64,000 nt of DNA from Rebecca billardiae RCC1528 (lineage: Eukaryota; Protista; Haptophyta), in assembly GCA_965240325.2 (NCBI GenBank), contig OZ251229.1, forward strand, positions 1 through 64,000, in the 5' to 3' direction. The position numbers and the translations under genes are program-made. Below, in pieces: positions 10,601-21,603 of this stretch. The notes beneath the pieces were generated by a model that had not been told where the DNA came from, did not search any database, and saw only the letters and a program-made list of their open reading frames with translations. Position 1 is the stretch's first letter; every line of letters starts with the position of its first letter.

Positions 10601-13600
10601 CGCGACGAGTGAGGGAGCCGCCGTCACGCGGTCGCAGCAGCGGGCGCGCCATCTCGCGGTTTAGCTGGGCACCACGCATACGCGCGACGTGTGCCAGCAG
10701 AGTGGTAGCTGTGCTGGCGGGCAAGATGTGCACGCTGGGGCGCGCCCCTGAGGGGCCTGACGCCACCCCCCACGTGTCATACTTGGTCTAACGGTGGTAT
10801 AGAGTGGCACTGCACCACCGCTTGCTTCGGGGCGCGCTCTCAGCCGACGCCCTTACCGCCCGCGCGGTGGCGCAGCGCTCGGCCGCGCTAGCCGAGTGGC
10901 GGTTGGGCTGGCGGGCAAGATGTGCACGCTGGGGCGCGCCCAGGAGGGGCCTGGTGCCGCACCCCACGAGCCAGACTCGGTCTACCGGTAGTACAGAGCG
11001 GCACCGCACCGCCGTAGCTTGCTTCGGGGCGCACGCTGGGCGGACGCCCCAAGCGCCCGCGAGCTTCTGCGCCCCCCTTGCTGCAGCGGAAGAGTCTGAG
11101 GTGCTCACTGTGCTGACTACTTGCCATCAAGCCCTGACAGCGTTGCTATGATGCAGCTGCAGCCCTCTGGCTCAGCACAGTCCGTTACGTGCGATGGCGC
11201 CGTGGCAGACCTCGTCAGCCTCTCTGCCGGCGCCTGGCAAGCCTCGTCTCTACTCGCCGCCGCGCCGGCCCCGACAGACTCAGAGCACGTGGCGACTGGC
11301 CGGCGGTCGTCAGCTGGTGCCATATATCATCACCACTGGCGCGTGCGGCGATGGTTCCGATCCCACGCCTGCGTTGCACCGCACGTGGCGGCGCACCCGG
11401 GCGCAGAGGCGGGCTTGGGGACGGGTCGGTATCGCGCGCGTGGTGCGGGCAGCGCGCGTGCGCTTCGGCCCCTCTCCTTGCACGCTCGCCGCCCCCGGCG
11501 CGGGTGCAGCCCCGCAGCGTGTGATGGCTCGCGGCCAGCCGATTGTCGCCAGGCTCGCGTGCTGCCGGCGTGCGCGGCGCGAGTCGGCGAGAAGCCTGCA
11601 CCATGTAGGCTGTCGCGCGTCAGACGCGCGCGTATATGCCACCCTTCTCGTGCGCACCCGGCCAAGCGCCCTCCACCGCATATCCGCCGCGCGTGCCCTG
11701 CCGCCTGCTGCGTGCTTGGCATATGAGAGGCAGCGCGGGGGCAACCACCAGTCGTCGGTCGGCGATCGCCATCCAGCTTGCGCGCGCTGGGCGAGCGGCA
11801 CACGGTTGCCGCTCACTACGCGCACAAGGTGCAATTTGGACGAAGCGTAAGATGGGGGGCCGGGGCGGGGGCAGCTTTGACCAGGGCGAGGCGCTGGGAC
11901 GGTCGTGGCACTGCATGGCTGGCGCGCGCCGCACTTCAAATCGGTAGTGGTGCGCTCGGGGGAGCAGATGACGAGCTATGGCTGGATCCGCCTCGAAAGC
12001 GGCGTCCCGACCGACCGAGCCGATGAGTCCTCCGACGGCCAGCCACGCCGCGAGTCAGAGTGCTCTCCGCATCGCCGCGTAGTGAAGCCTCACGCGCACC
12101 GCCAAGCAGTAGCACCCCACAACGCCAACCACCGCTGTCGAGCCGACCGCGCGAGCGCCGCGCCGCGAATCATCATCAGTGCAGCAAAGCGAGTCGGGGC
12201 GCCGGGTCGATCGGCCTCTAAGGACGCGTTCCGACCGACCGAGCCGACCCCCTCGACGGTCAGCCACGCCACCAGCTAGAGCGGACGCCGCCTTGCCGCG
12301 AACAGAGGCCTCACGCGCACGGCCGTGCTGTCGCAACACCCAACCACCGACGTGCCGAGCGGGCCCTAGCCACACTTCGCCCGAGCTCGCCGAGTGAGGA
12401 GCCGCCAGTGGGCGACCTGCGTGGTGGGGCAGGGCGGTGCCTGTGCGACTGCTGCTCGCTACCGCTGGCCCGCGGTGATCGTGATCGATAGTGCTCGTCT
12501 CAACCGCCATGCCCTGGCGACGCGAGGCGGCGCGCGCGCGAGCAGCAGCATTGCAGTGGGAGCGCGAAGAGCTAGGGACCTCAACCTGGTCGCCGCAGTG
12601 GTTGCCACTCACTAGCCACTGGGCGTACCCAGTGCAGGTTGGGAGAAGAGTAAGATGGGGGGCCGGGGCGGGTAGCCTTGACCAGGTGGAGGCGCTGGGA
12701 CGGCTGCGGCGCTCCACGCTCGCGGGCGCGCCTCTCAGGCGCGGGCTTCGCGTTGGCCCAGCGGCAGCAGCCAGTAGCGCACTCGGCGGCGAGCTGCCAC
12801 AGCGGCAGCACTCAGCAGGCGCCGCCGCGCGCGCCGCGCAATCAGCTCGGGCGCGGCGTGACGGCCTCGGTGCAGCAGGAGCGTGCGCGGTGGGGCGAGG
12901 GCTCACACACATGCACACAAGTCCCACCGCGCGAGAGCCGCGCCACCGGCCGCAGTGACTCACTGACCGCGTGACGCGCTGCTCGGCACGCAGCGCCCAC
13001 GCTCTGACTCGGCCGCCCTTGCGGCACGCGGGGATGCCCTCGCGGCTGTGGCCCGTTCAACTGCCGATTCGGCCGCCCACGTCGCCACATCGCCCGCGCA
13101 CAGCCGTGCTGCGCCACGCTGGGCACACTGGCGCCTCGCCAGCATGGAAGGCTGATGGCTTGAAGGCAGCAGCTGCCGCGTGGTCCGCTGGACACTCAAT
13201 CGCAGGCAGCGGCAAAAACAAAAAGACTATCAATGGCGGCGGCGGGCGCGGGCGCTGGCATCTGACTAGACGACGCGCCCGATGCACCCAAATCCCGCCT
13301 ATACTACGCCCATCATTGCCGACTCTCCGCCCAAACCGCCCGGCGCAGCTGTCGAATGGCCCGCGCAGCTCACAGGAGGCAGGTCGGACGGCGAGTGAGA
13401 CGTGGGGCCGGGGGCGGGGGTCGCCTTGAACTGGTACGAGGCGCAGGGGCTGGTACTGCGCTCCACGTACGTACCTCCAGGCGCACGAACGCCCCGTCCG
13501 ACGCGGGCTCGCGCCCATCGGCGCCGCTGGATGCAGACTCGCGGGGAGAGGCAGCCGTTCACTCTCGGCCATGCTAATTTGTGCGCCATGCTGCCGCGAT

Positions 13601-13660
13601 CAACGGTCCTTGATCGCATGAAGATACTGTACCAAAGGATCGGCCAGGCGAGGAGGGTCC
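4700..13660. repeat. Degenerate modular subtelomeric duplications
   Basis: Blocks ~5600-6800 and ~8650-9900 are diverged copies; ~7080-8090 matches ~12630-13660 and partly ~9950-10230. The motif gg/acgag..aagatggggggccggggcgggg recurs seven times. Confidence 0.8.
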
Positions 13661-13723
13661 CTCAGACCCGGCCGACTGCGACAGCGACACCGCGCAAACG
13701 TTGCTGCGCAAGCCGTGCGCTGC

Positions 13724-14834
13724 CAAGGGAGTCAAGGGTGCCCGCGCCCCAGTGGCACGCTCGGCGGATATTGGGATACACGCCTTTTTGCCCGCGGCCT
13801 GCGGCGGGCGGCGGCGAGGGCGTGCTCCGCTGGCGGGGCGAGCGCACGGGGCACGGCGCTGCTGGCGCGGATGTGCCCGTGAAGCCGGCGCGTGCGGACG
13901 GGCTGTTGCGGGAGAGCATTCGGCGCCCTCCTGCGCCGCGCGACTTGCGCCACGCCTCTTTCGCCTCGGCTCAGAGCAGCGCGCACGCACGCGCCGCCTC
14001 AAGGCCAGCCTTGCCGCGCCGCAGCCGGCCGCGCGCGCGCCGTGCGCGGCGCGGTCGGGAAGGAACGGACGCTGCTGCCGGGCGAGGTGGCGACGGCATA
14101 TACGCACGCCATACCGCCCCGCTACGCCTTGATGAGCGTGTCGTCGGTCTGTTTGCATGCCTCTTCGACTTTTTACAAATGGGGTGCACGACCTCGCGGT
14201 CGTGACGCTTGTCGGGACGATCATTGAGACACAGAACAGTGCCAGACGGCCGCGCGGGCTACTCTTTCATGGATGTTCATCACTGCATGGTCATGTAGAA
14301 GTGATGGCTGCGACGCTTTCCTCGCGCTGATGCTCTTTCATCATCTTCTGCGAGCTCAGGTCTGGCTTCGGGCACGACAAGTGATCAGCGCTCGTCAACA
14401 GCTGTGCGGATCCGTTCTCGTGCTCTTTCGCGGCGCCGCGGGGCGGCATGGCGTGCGCATACGCCTTCGCCATCTCGCCCGGCAGCAGCGTCCGTTCCTT
14501 CCCGACCGCGCCGCGCACGGCGCGCGCGCGGCCGGCTGCGGCGCGGCAAGGCTGGCCTTGAGGCGGCGCGTGCGTGCGCGCTGCTCTGAGCCGAGGCGAA
14601 AGAGACGTGGCGCAAGCCGCGCGGCGCAGGAGGGCGCCGAATGCTCTCCCGCAACAGCCCGTCCGCACGCGCCGGCTTCACGGGCACATCCGCGCCAGCA
14701 GCGCCGTGCCCCGTGCGCTCGCCCCGCCAGCGGAGCACGCCCTCGCCGCCGCCCGCCGCAGGCCGCGGGCAAAAAGGTGTATCCCAACATCCGCCGAGCG
14801 CGCCACTGGGGCGCGGGCACCCTTGACTCCCTTG
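13724..14834. mobile_element. Fold-back non-autonomous DNA transposon FB-1 (CAAGGG...CCCTTG, ~400-bp arms, ~315-bp spacer)
   Basis: Arms 13724-14122 and 14438-14834 are near-perfect reverse complements; the termini resemble those of the neighbouring FB-2. Confidence 0.8.
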
Positions 14835-14893
14835 GCAGCGCCCTCTTGCCGCTCGCCTCACCGTGAGGGGCCGCCAGGCTCGCTTGGCTCAGA

Positions 14894-16023
14894 CAAGGGC
14901 GGTAAGGGCTGTCAACTCCCAGTGGCGCCGAGTGGCGGAGGTTGGTTGCCCCTCAACTCGTGCGGCCTCGCGGCGCAGCGGCTAAGTCTCCTGGGGCGCC
15001 GCCCAGGAGGGCGCGTGGGGTGCGCACGCCGCGGGCTCCTGCGGCCGCGGCAGCGGCCGCGGACACGGCGCGCGTGGTTGGTCGCATGCTAGACAGTATG
15101 TAGTACCCTCCCACGCCGCGCGCCGTGCTCGCCGGTGCCCTCGCCGTGCCTCAGGCCAGCCGCGCACGCGCGCCGCACCAATGGCCAGCCGTGGCCACGC
15201 GCCAGCCGCCGGCGCGCGCGCGGTGCGCGGTGCGGTCGGCGCGGGTCGGGCGCGCGCCCGGGGCGAGGCTTGTGTATGATGGGCGCGCGTCATGCCGCCT
15301 CGCGCCGCCGCACACGAGCTTGATCACGTTCCACGCGGCTGCTGAAGGGTGCTCGTCGAGCATTCCTCGGCCATCAGAAATGAGCTTGGACAAGCGGCTG
15401 TGAGCGCACTGAGTGCGAGGAACGCGAGCACTTGGGGGCTCGCGTGCCATAGTATGATGCTAGTCGTGCTCATATCAGTGGTCTGCGCTTGTCTATCACG
15501 CGTCGCTGCCTTCCCATGATCGTCTCAACATGAGCATTTTCAAACATGGCAATGCACACTCGACAGCATGAGAACGCGTGCGCGCCGACCCATGCGGGCT
15601 CCAGCGCGGCGGCGCGAGGCGGCATGACGCGCGCCCAACATACACAAGCCTCGCCCCGGGCGCGCGCCCGACCCGCGCCGACCGCACCGCGCACCGCGCG
15701 CGCGCCGGCGGCTGGCGCGTGGCCACGGCTGGCCATTGGTGCGGCGCGCGTGCGCGGCTGGCCTGAGGCACGGCGAGGGCACCGGCGAGCACGGCGCGCG
15801 GCGTGGGAGGGTACTACATACTGTCTAGCATGCGACCAACCACGCGCGCCGTGTCCGCGGCCGCTGCCGCGGCCGCAGGAGCCCGCGGCGTGCGCACCCC
15901 ACGCGCCCTCCTGGGCGGCGCCCCAGGAGACTTAGCCGCTGCGCCGCGAGGCCGCACGAGTTGAGGGGCAACCAACCTCCGCCACTCGGCGCCACTGGGA
16001 GTTGACAGCCCTTACCGCCCTTG
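14894..16023. mobile_element. Fold-back non-autonomous DNA transposon FB-2 with 7-bp TSD (P/Galileo-like by terminal structure)
   Basis: 418-bp inverted arms at 14894-15311 and 15606-16023; termini CAAGGG/CCCTTG; direct repeat gctcaga at 14887-14893 and 16024-16030. Confidence 0.88.
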
Positions 16024-16157
16024 GCTCAGATCACGGAATTCCCCCGCCGGAACTTGCATGGCCGGAATATGAACATCAGTCATGAGCGCAGCGCCTGGGC
16101 TTCGTCGCTTGGCAACTCGCGCACCGGCCGCCGCCGTCCCTCCTCCCGAGCTCGGCG

Positions 16158-17765
16158 ATGCGCGCGGCCGCGGCCGCGCTCGCGCTCGCGCTCGCGTCCG
16201 CGGCGCGCGCGTCGGGCGGCGGGCGGCACGCCCGACACGCCCGCTCCTCGCCGCTCGCCGGGCGCCGCGTGCCCCGCGCGCCGCGCCGCGCCGCCGCTGC
16301 TGCCCGGGCTGTACGAGTGCGCCGGCACCGTCGACGACGAGGCGCGCGCATGGACGCCGGCCAAGGCGGGCGAGGGCGACTGCAGGCCGCTCGCAAAGTA
16401 CGACAAGGTCTTTGACGCCCCGCCGCCCACCGGTCGCGGCGTGCGCGCGCGCGCCCCGCCGCTCGAGCGCCGCTTCGTCGCGATCGTGCCCGACGCGGCC
16501 GGCGGCCGGCGCGCGCGCGCGCGCCAGCCGCTGCCGCTCGTCGTGCTCGGGCCGGACACGGGGCGCGCGCCGCTGGGCATGGTGGTGCCGCGCGAGCTCT
16601 ACCTCGTCGCCCAGTCCGGCGTCGTCGTCGTCATCCTCGACGGCGTCGACAACGCGTTCAACGTCGGCTTTGCGTGCCGCGCGGCCGCGGCCGGCGCGGA
16701 CGACGTCGCGTACGCGCTGGCCGCGCTGCGGTACGTGGCGGCGCGCGTGTGCGTGGACGCGCGCTCGGTGTTCTGCGCGGGGTACTCGCGCGGCGGCCGC
16801 TTCTGCGCGCAGCTCGCCTCGCAGGCGCCCGACCTCTTCGGCGCGATCGCGCCCGTGGCCTCGCTGCGCTACCCGAGCCCCAACAACGCGACGCGGCCGA
16901 TTCCGGTGATCGCCTTCCACGGGTCCGGTGCGTGGCGGCGGGCGGCGGGCGGCGGCGCGCGCGCGGAGGCGCGGGCGCCGCGCCGAGGCCCCGCGCGCCC
17001 CGCCCCCGCCCCGCGCCCCGCCCCGCGCCAGCCGACCCGATCGACCCGCTGGACGGCGGCGGCCAGCCGTACTGGCAGACGAGCGTGCGCGCGGCCTTCC
17101 GCGGCTGGGCGGCGTTCAACCGGTGCGCGGGCGCGCACAGCACGCGCGTGGACAACCGCACGACGCTCACGCAGGCGAGCGGCTGCGCGGAGGGCGCCGA
17201 GGTCCGGCTGTACGTCGTGCAGGGCATGGGCCACGTCTGGCCCGGCTCCGGGCTGCACTTCAGCCGCGCGGTCGGCCCGAGCTACGACGGCCTCGGCGCC
17301 ACGCGGCTGATGCTGGCCTTCTTTGCGCAGCACCGGCTGCCCGGCAGGTACGCGCGCGGGGCGCAGGCGCTGCTCGGCGACGCGGCCGGCGTGGGCGCGC
17401 CCTCCTCGCCGCCCGCGCGCCCCGCCGGCGCCGTCGACGCGCCGCGCCGCGGTGTGCTGCGCTGGGCGGCGTGGGAGAATGGCAACGACGAGCGCGGCCC
17501 GGCGCGGACGCCGTCCGCGGCCGCTGCGGAGGGCGGCGCGCCGGCGGCGCTGGCGGCGGGGCCGCCGGGCGGCGCACGGGTGCGGCGTGCCGCCGCGCAA
17601 GGCGCGCTGGCCCTCGCCGCGCTCGTCGGTGCGCTCGTCGGGTTGCCGCTGCTGAAGCAGCGCCGGCTGCGCGCTCTACTGCGTCGTCGTGCTGATGATG
17701 CTGTTGCTGCTGCTGGCCGGCACCAGCGCACAGGCCGCACAGCCGCCGTGCCCGCGATGCTATAA
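16158..17765 (+). CDS. Secreted/membrane-anchored alpha/beta-hydrolase, PHB-depolymerase/LpqC-like esterase (intron 16928-17031; apparent 1-bp frameshift near 16221)
   Basis: Signal peptide MRAAAAALALALASAARA; nucleophile GYSRGG; spliced FHGSADPI; GMGHVWPG His motif; C-terminal hydrophobic helix followed by basic residues. Confidence 0.8.
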
Positions 17766-17962
17766 CGTTCGACTAGCGCGCAGCCGCCGGCGCGCGACGC
17801 TCATGATGACTGCGGCGGTAGATAGTATACGACTGCATGCGCTGATGATATGTGATGAAGCGCACTACTATACAATCATCAGCAGCAGCAGCAAACGTGC
17901 GCGTACTACGCGCGCCGCCTAGCTGTTAGCACCATCAGTCAGTAGCAGCAGCAGCGTCGTAC

Positions 17963-19689
17963 TAGGGGGGCCAAACCGCTCATTTAAAAAGAAAATCAAA
18001 GCCGCGGCGCATTTTCGCTCCTCCTTCGGCCTTTTAGGGTGGCGCGGAGCCTTTTTCTCGGACCCCGGCTCGAAAATCGAGCTCCGACGCGTTCGGGCGC
18101 TCAGAGCTCGGTTCCGCTCGAGCACGAGCGGCCGGAGGCAGTGGACCGCCGCGCGCTCGCGACCTCTGAGACGCCGATATGGTCTCGGGTGCGCGCGCGC
18201 GTGACGCTGGTGGGCGCTACTGACCCGTGCCTTTGCGCCACCAGCGGCTCACCACCCGCTTCTTGGCCACCTCGCGCCGTGCGCGGCGCGCGTCGGCCGG
18301 CTTGAATTGGTGCGCTGCGTACGCCCGCTACGCTACCTCACGGTGTGGCGCATGATCAACTCGGACCAATGAGATCGATGCTCGGACCAATCGTCCATGT
18401 ATGTCTGTGAATGCCAAGCTCGCCTAACCTGCCCTACTGCGCCGGAATCGCCGTCAGCAGACCGGCGCGAGCTCGCGCACAACACCTCCGCGGAGCTCGC
18501 AACTGTCATGTTCCGCTTGTAGGGCTCGTGTTTGCACCTGCCGTGGCACTTGCGATGGTCAGTACGTTGGGTATGGGTCACGTGTGCCCGCTGATGGCGT
18601 CGGGGCGCCTCCCATTCGCCTCTCAGGACGTCGCGGACGTGCTCGCAGGCAGCGGTTGGCTCCGTTCGACAGGTCCGACGTGCACTCGACCGTGCCTGCA
18701 AGCGCGCCCCTGTGACGCTCATGCCTGCAGAAGCAGATGCAGATGGGCCCCCATGCACCCTGGTGCGCCCAAGACCGGCGGGAGCGTCAGAGACCTTCTC
18801 AATCTTGACACCTTGCACACGCCGGCGCTTGCCGTTGGGCTCTGCGCAGCCAGCCAGGAGCGCCGAACAGCGCCGGATCAGCCTCTGTAGGCCGAATATC
18901 CGCCCCAAAGCCCAGAAATAGCGCGGAACAGGGTAGGGCATACCTATATGGACCGATCCCATCCAGCCTGGTTTGGTGCAGAGACGCCAGCCACCGCCTG
19001 GAGCAGGCGTTTGCTGCCGAATCGCATGCTCGGCACTGTGCCGCACTGCGACGACGACAGATTTGACCTGCCTCGTAGGTCTCGGCCAGGGAGCGGTGAC
19101 GGTTGGCTCGAGTGACTTTAAACCTTGACGATGACCGAGAGCACTCCCGGGCTGAGGACGTGGGGCCGGTGCTTTGGGTCTACTATGTCTGCAATACGCC
19201 GTACGCGTGGCCGTATACACAGTCTGAAAACGTATCTCGCAGCTCGAGATCAGACGAGACTGTATTCATCAGCATGGCGCCTATATACACGGTGGGTATG
19301 TAACGACCAGTGGCTTCCAGGAAACTACATATTTGACAGCCTGCCAGTACACCGCCTATATCGCATGTTGGGACCTGCTGCTGCTGGGGACTCAGAACGA
19401 TCTCGCCGAGATGCTCTATCAAACTGAGCAGTCGACATGGTCTATATGTCACATATAGGACGACCGTTACATGCCGTTTCCAATAAGTTCAGGCTCATTC
19501 TAATAAGTAAATATGGTAGCCGTTACGCCCTATAATCAGGGTATGTGCACCTGATTTTTTTACATGGCCGGCCCAGACCCCGCTCCGCAGAGGGCAAATG
19601 ATCCAGCCCGAAATCAGCTCGTCTAAACACTCGCTAGGACCCGCGCTCGTGGCCGTCAGTAACGCTACAGTGCCACTTTGGCCCCCCTA
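17963..19689. mobile_element. Non-autonomous hAT-like DNA transposon, 13-bp TIR TAGGGGGGCCAAA, 7-bp TSD
   Basis: TIRs at 17963-17975 and 19677-19689; gtcgtac directly repeated at 17956-17962 and 19690-19696; lower-GC interior with no intact transposase. Confidence 0.8.
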
Positions 19690-20014
19690 GTCGTACAAGG
19701 CGCAGCGCAGTTGTGAATGTGATGCGCTCGGGACGAGTAGATCAACATCACATCAGCAGCCTGGCCCTGAGGCTGTGAGCCTCAGCCTGCTGCGTGGCGA
19801 TGACGGCGGCTCACGCCAGCAGTCCCACGCGGGCCTCGCCCCGCTGCACCCACAGCAGCGGGCCGGACTGCCAGCTCCGTCGCCCGACGGGTGAGCGAGA
19901 CACACACACACCAGCCTCTTGGCGCGCCGGCGGCGCGGGGCTTATCGGCGCCCCTCCCGGCCGCTGCGCGCGCGCTCGGCGCTCGCGCGCCGAGGTGAGA
20001 CGAGCCGGCGCGGC

Positions 20015-21481
20015 CTACCGCGCGCCGCCGGCCCGCGCCGGCCGCGCGGGTCGGGCGGTGGTGCGCGGCGGCGGCGCCTTGGCGCTGATCCGCGCGAGCG
20101 CGCCGCCGCCCGCGCCGCCCGCGCGCCGGGCGAAGAGGCCGGCGGCGATCGCCGCGCCGCCGGCCGGCGCGGCCGCCGCGCCGCCGGCCGGCGGCGCCGG
20201 CTCGGCGGCGGCGGCGGCGGCGCCGGCCGGCTCGGCGCGGAGCGCGTGCGCGCCGCTCGCCCCCGCGCCGCCGCCCGCCTCCGCGCCGGGCAGCTGCACG
20301 CGCGCGGGCGGGCAGCTGAGCGGCGCGCCGCCCGCGCCGGCCGCGCACGGCAGCGCGGCGCGCAGCGGCACGCCGGCCGCGCGCAGCCGGCACGCAAACA
20401 GGCGGCAGGCGAACTCGTAGAGCGCGACGTCCTGCGCGAGGCAGGTCCGCAGGAACGCCACCGTCGCCGCCGACGTCGGCCGCTTCAGCGCGCCCGCCTT
20501 CTCCCGCGCGAGCGGCGCGCCCTCCGCGCTCGCCGCGCGCTTGCGTCGCTCGTACACGCGCGAGAGCGTGCCGAGGATGTGCGGCAGCGTGCGCTCGAGC
20601 AGCGCGACGGACTCGCCAAAGGCCTCGGTGACGCCGATGAACGCGTACTCGTGCTGCAGCGCGCGCGCCGCCGAGAGCAGCGCCGCCGGCCCGTCCACCC
20701 GCCGGCACTCCGGCCCGAACCCACAGAAGAACGCCACGAGCATGTTGGTGTACACGGCGGTCGCGTCGTCCGAGCGGTTGGTGCCCATGGCGCACGTCGG
20801 GTTGTGCCGCACGAGCGCGTCGACGGTGAGCTTCGAGGTGGGCGGGATGCCCCACTGCACGCGCGCGCGGCGGCGCGCCTCGGACATCCACGCCGTCGGC
20901 CGCGGCCCGAACCACGAGTAGTACTTGCCCGAGATGTACCGCGCGACCGGCTCGCGCACCATGTTGATCAGCAGCGGCCGCGGCAGCGGCGGCCGCGCGG
21001 CGCACGCGGCGCCGCGCGAGTGGTCGGCGCGCCAGTGCGCGCCAATGTTCACGTAGTACACGTGCATCACCGCCACCACGCGCCGCGGCGCGTGCCGCCG
21101 CGCGCACCCCTCGCCGTTCAGCTCAAAGAGCTCGGCGAGGATCGAGTCGAGCCGCGCGCGCAGCCGCAGCGAGAGCGTCTCCTTGGCGGGGCGGTCGACG
21201 AAGGCGTAGCCGTTCTCGCGCGCGGCCGCGCCGAGCAGGTCCTTCATCGTCGTCGAGCCGCACTTGGGCACGCGCGTGTACAGCACCGTCGCCGCCGCGG
21301 TCGTCGCGTTCGCGCCGCGCGGCCGCCGCTTGAGCCGCGCGGGCGCGCTCGGCACGAGGCCGCCCGGCGGGGCGGCGGCGCCGGCGAGGGCGAGGGCGAG
21401 GGCCGGCTCGGCGCCGAGCAGCTCGCCGCCGGCCGCGCCGCGCGCCGCCGCGAGCACCAGCGCGAGCGCGGCGGCGCTCAT
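20015..21481 (-). CDS. Sulfotransferase, heparan/uronyl 2-O-sulfotransferase-like (Sulfotransfer_2)
   Basis: Signal peptide MSAAALALVLAAA; 5'-PSB YTRVPKCGSTT; 3'-PB INMVREPVARYIS; YAFIGVTE motif. Confidence 0.85.
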   Translation of the reverse strand: MSAAALALVLAAARGAAGGELLGAEPALALALAGAAAPPGGLVPSAPARLKRRPRGANATTAAATVLYTRVPKCGSTTMKDLLGAAARENGYAFVDRPAKETLSLRLRARLDSILAELFELNGEGCARRHAPRRVVAVMHVYYVNIGAHWRADHSRGAACAARPPLPRPLLINMVREPVARYISGKYYSWFGPRPTAWMSEARRRARVQWGIPPTSKLTVDALVRHNPTCAMGTNRSDDATAVYTNMLVAFFCGFGPECRRVDGPAALLSAARALQHEYAFIGVTEAFGESVALLERTLPHILGTLSRVYERRKRAASAEGAPLAREKAGALKRPTSAATVAFLRTCLAQDVALYEFACRLFACRLRAAGVPLRAALPCAAGAGGAPLSCPPARVQLPGAEAGGGAGASGAHALRAEPAGAAAAAAEPAPPAGGAAAAPAGGAAIAAGLFARRAGGAGGGALARISAKAPPPRTTARPARPARAGGAR

Positions 21482-21603
21482 CACGGGGCGCGCCGCCTGC
21501 GTGCGACCTGCTGCCCGGGGGCAAAACGCGCGCACAAGACAGTGAAGGTGGCGTCGTCGCGAGCGCAGTGCGCGGCGCACGATGGCGGCCCCTGTATTGG
21601 ACG

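Noticed and set aside
4236-13700. Many long Arg/Ala/Pro-rich ORFs
   Set aside because: Expected at this GC content; no motifs, and paralogous modules differ by frameshifting indels.
18333-19452. ORFs inside the hAT-like element as a transposase
   Set aside because: No BED finger, DDE or dimerisation motifs recognisable.
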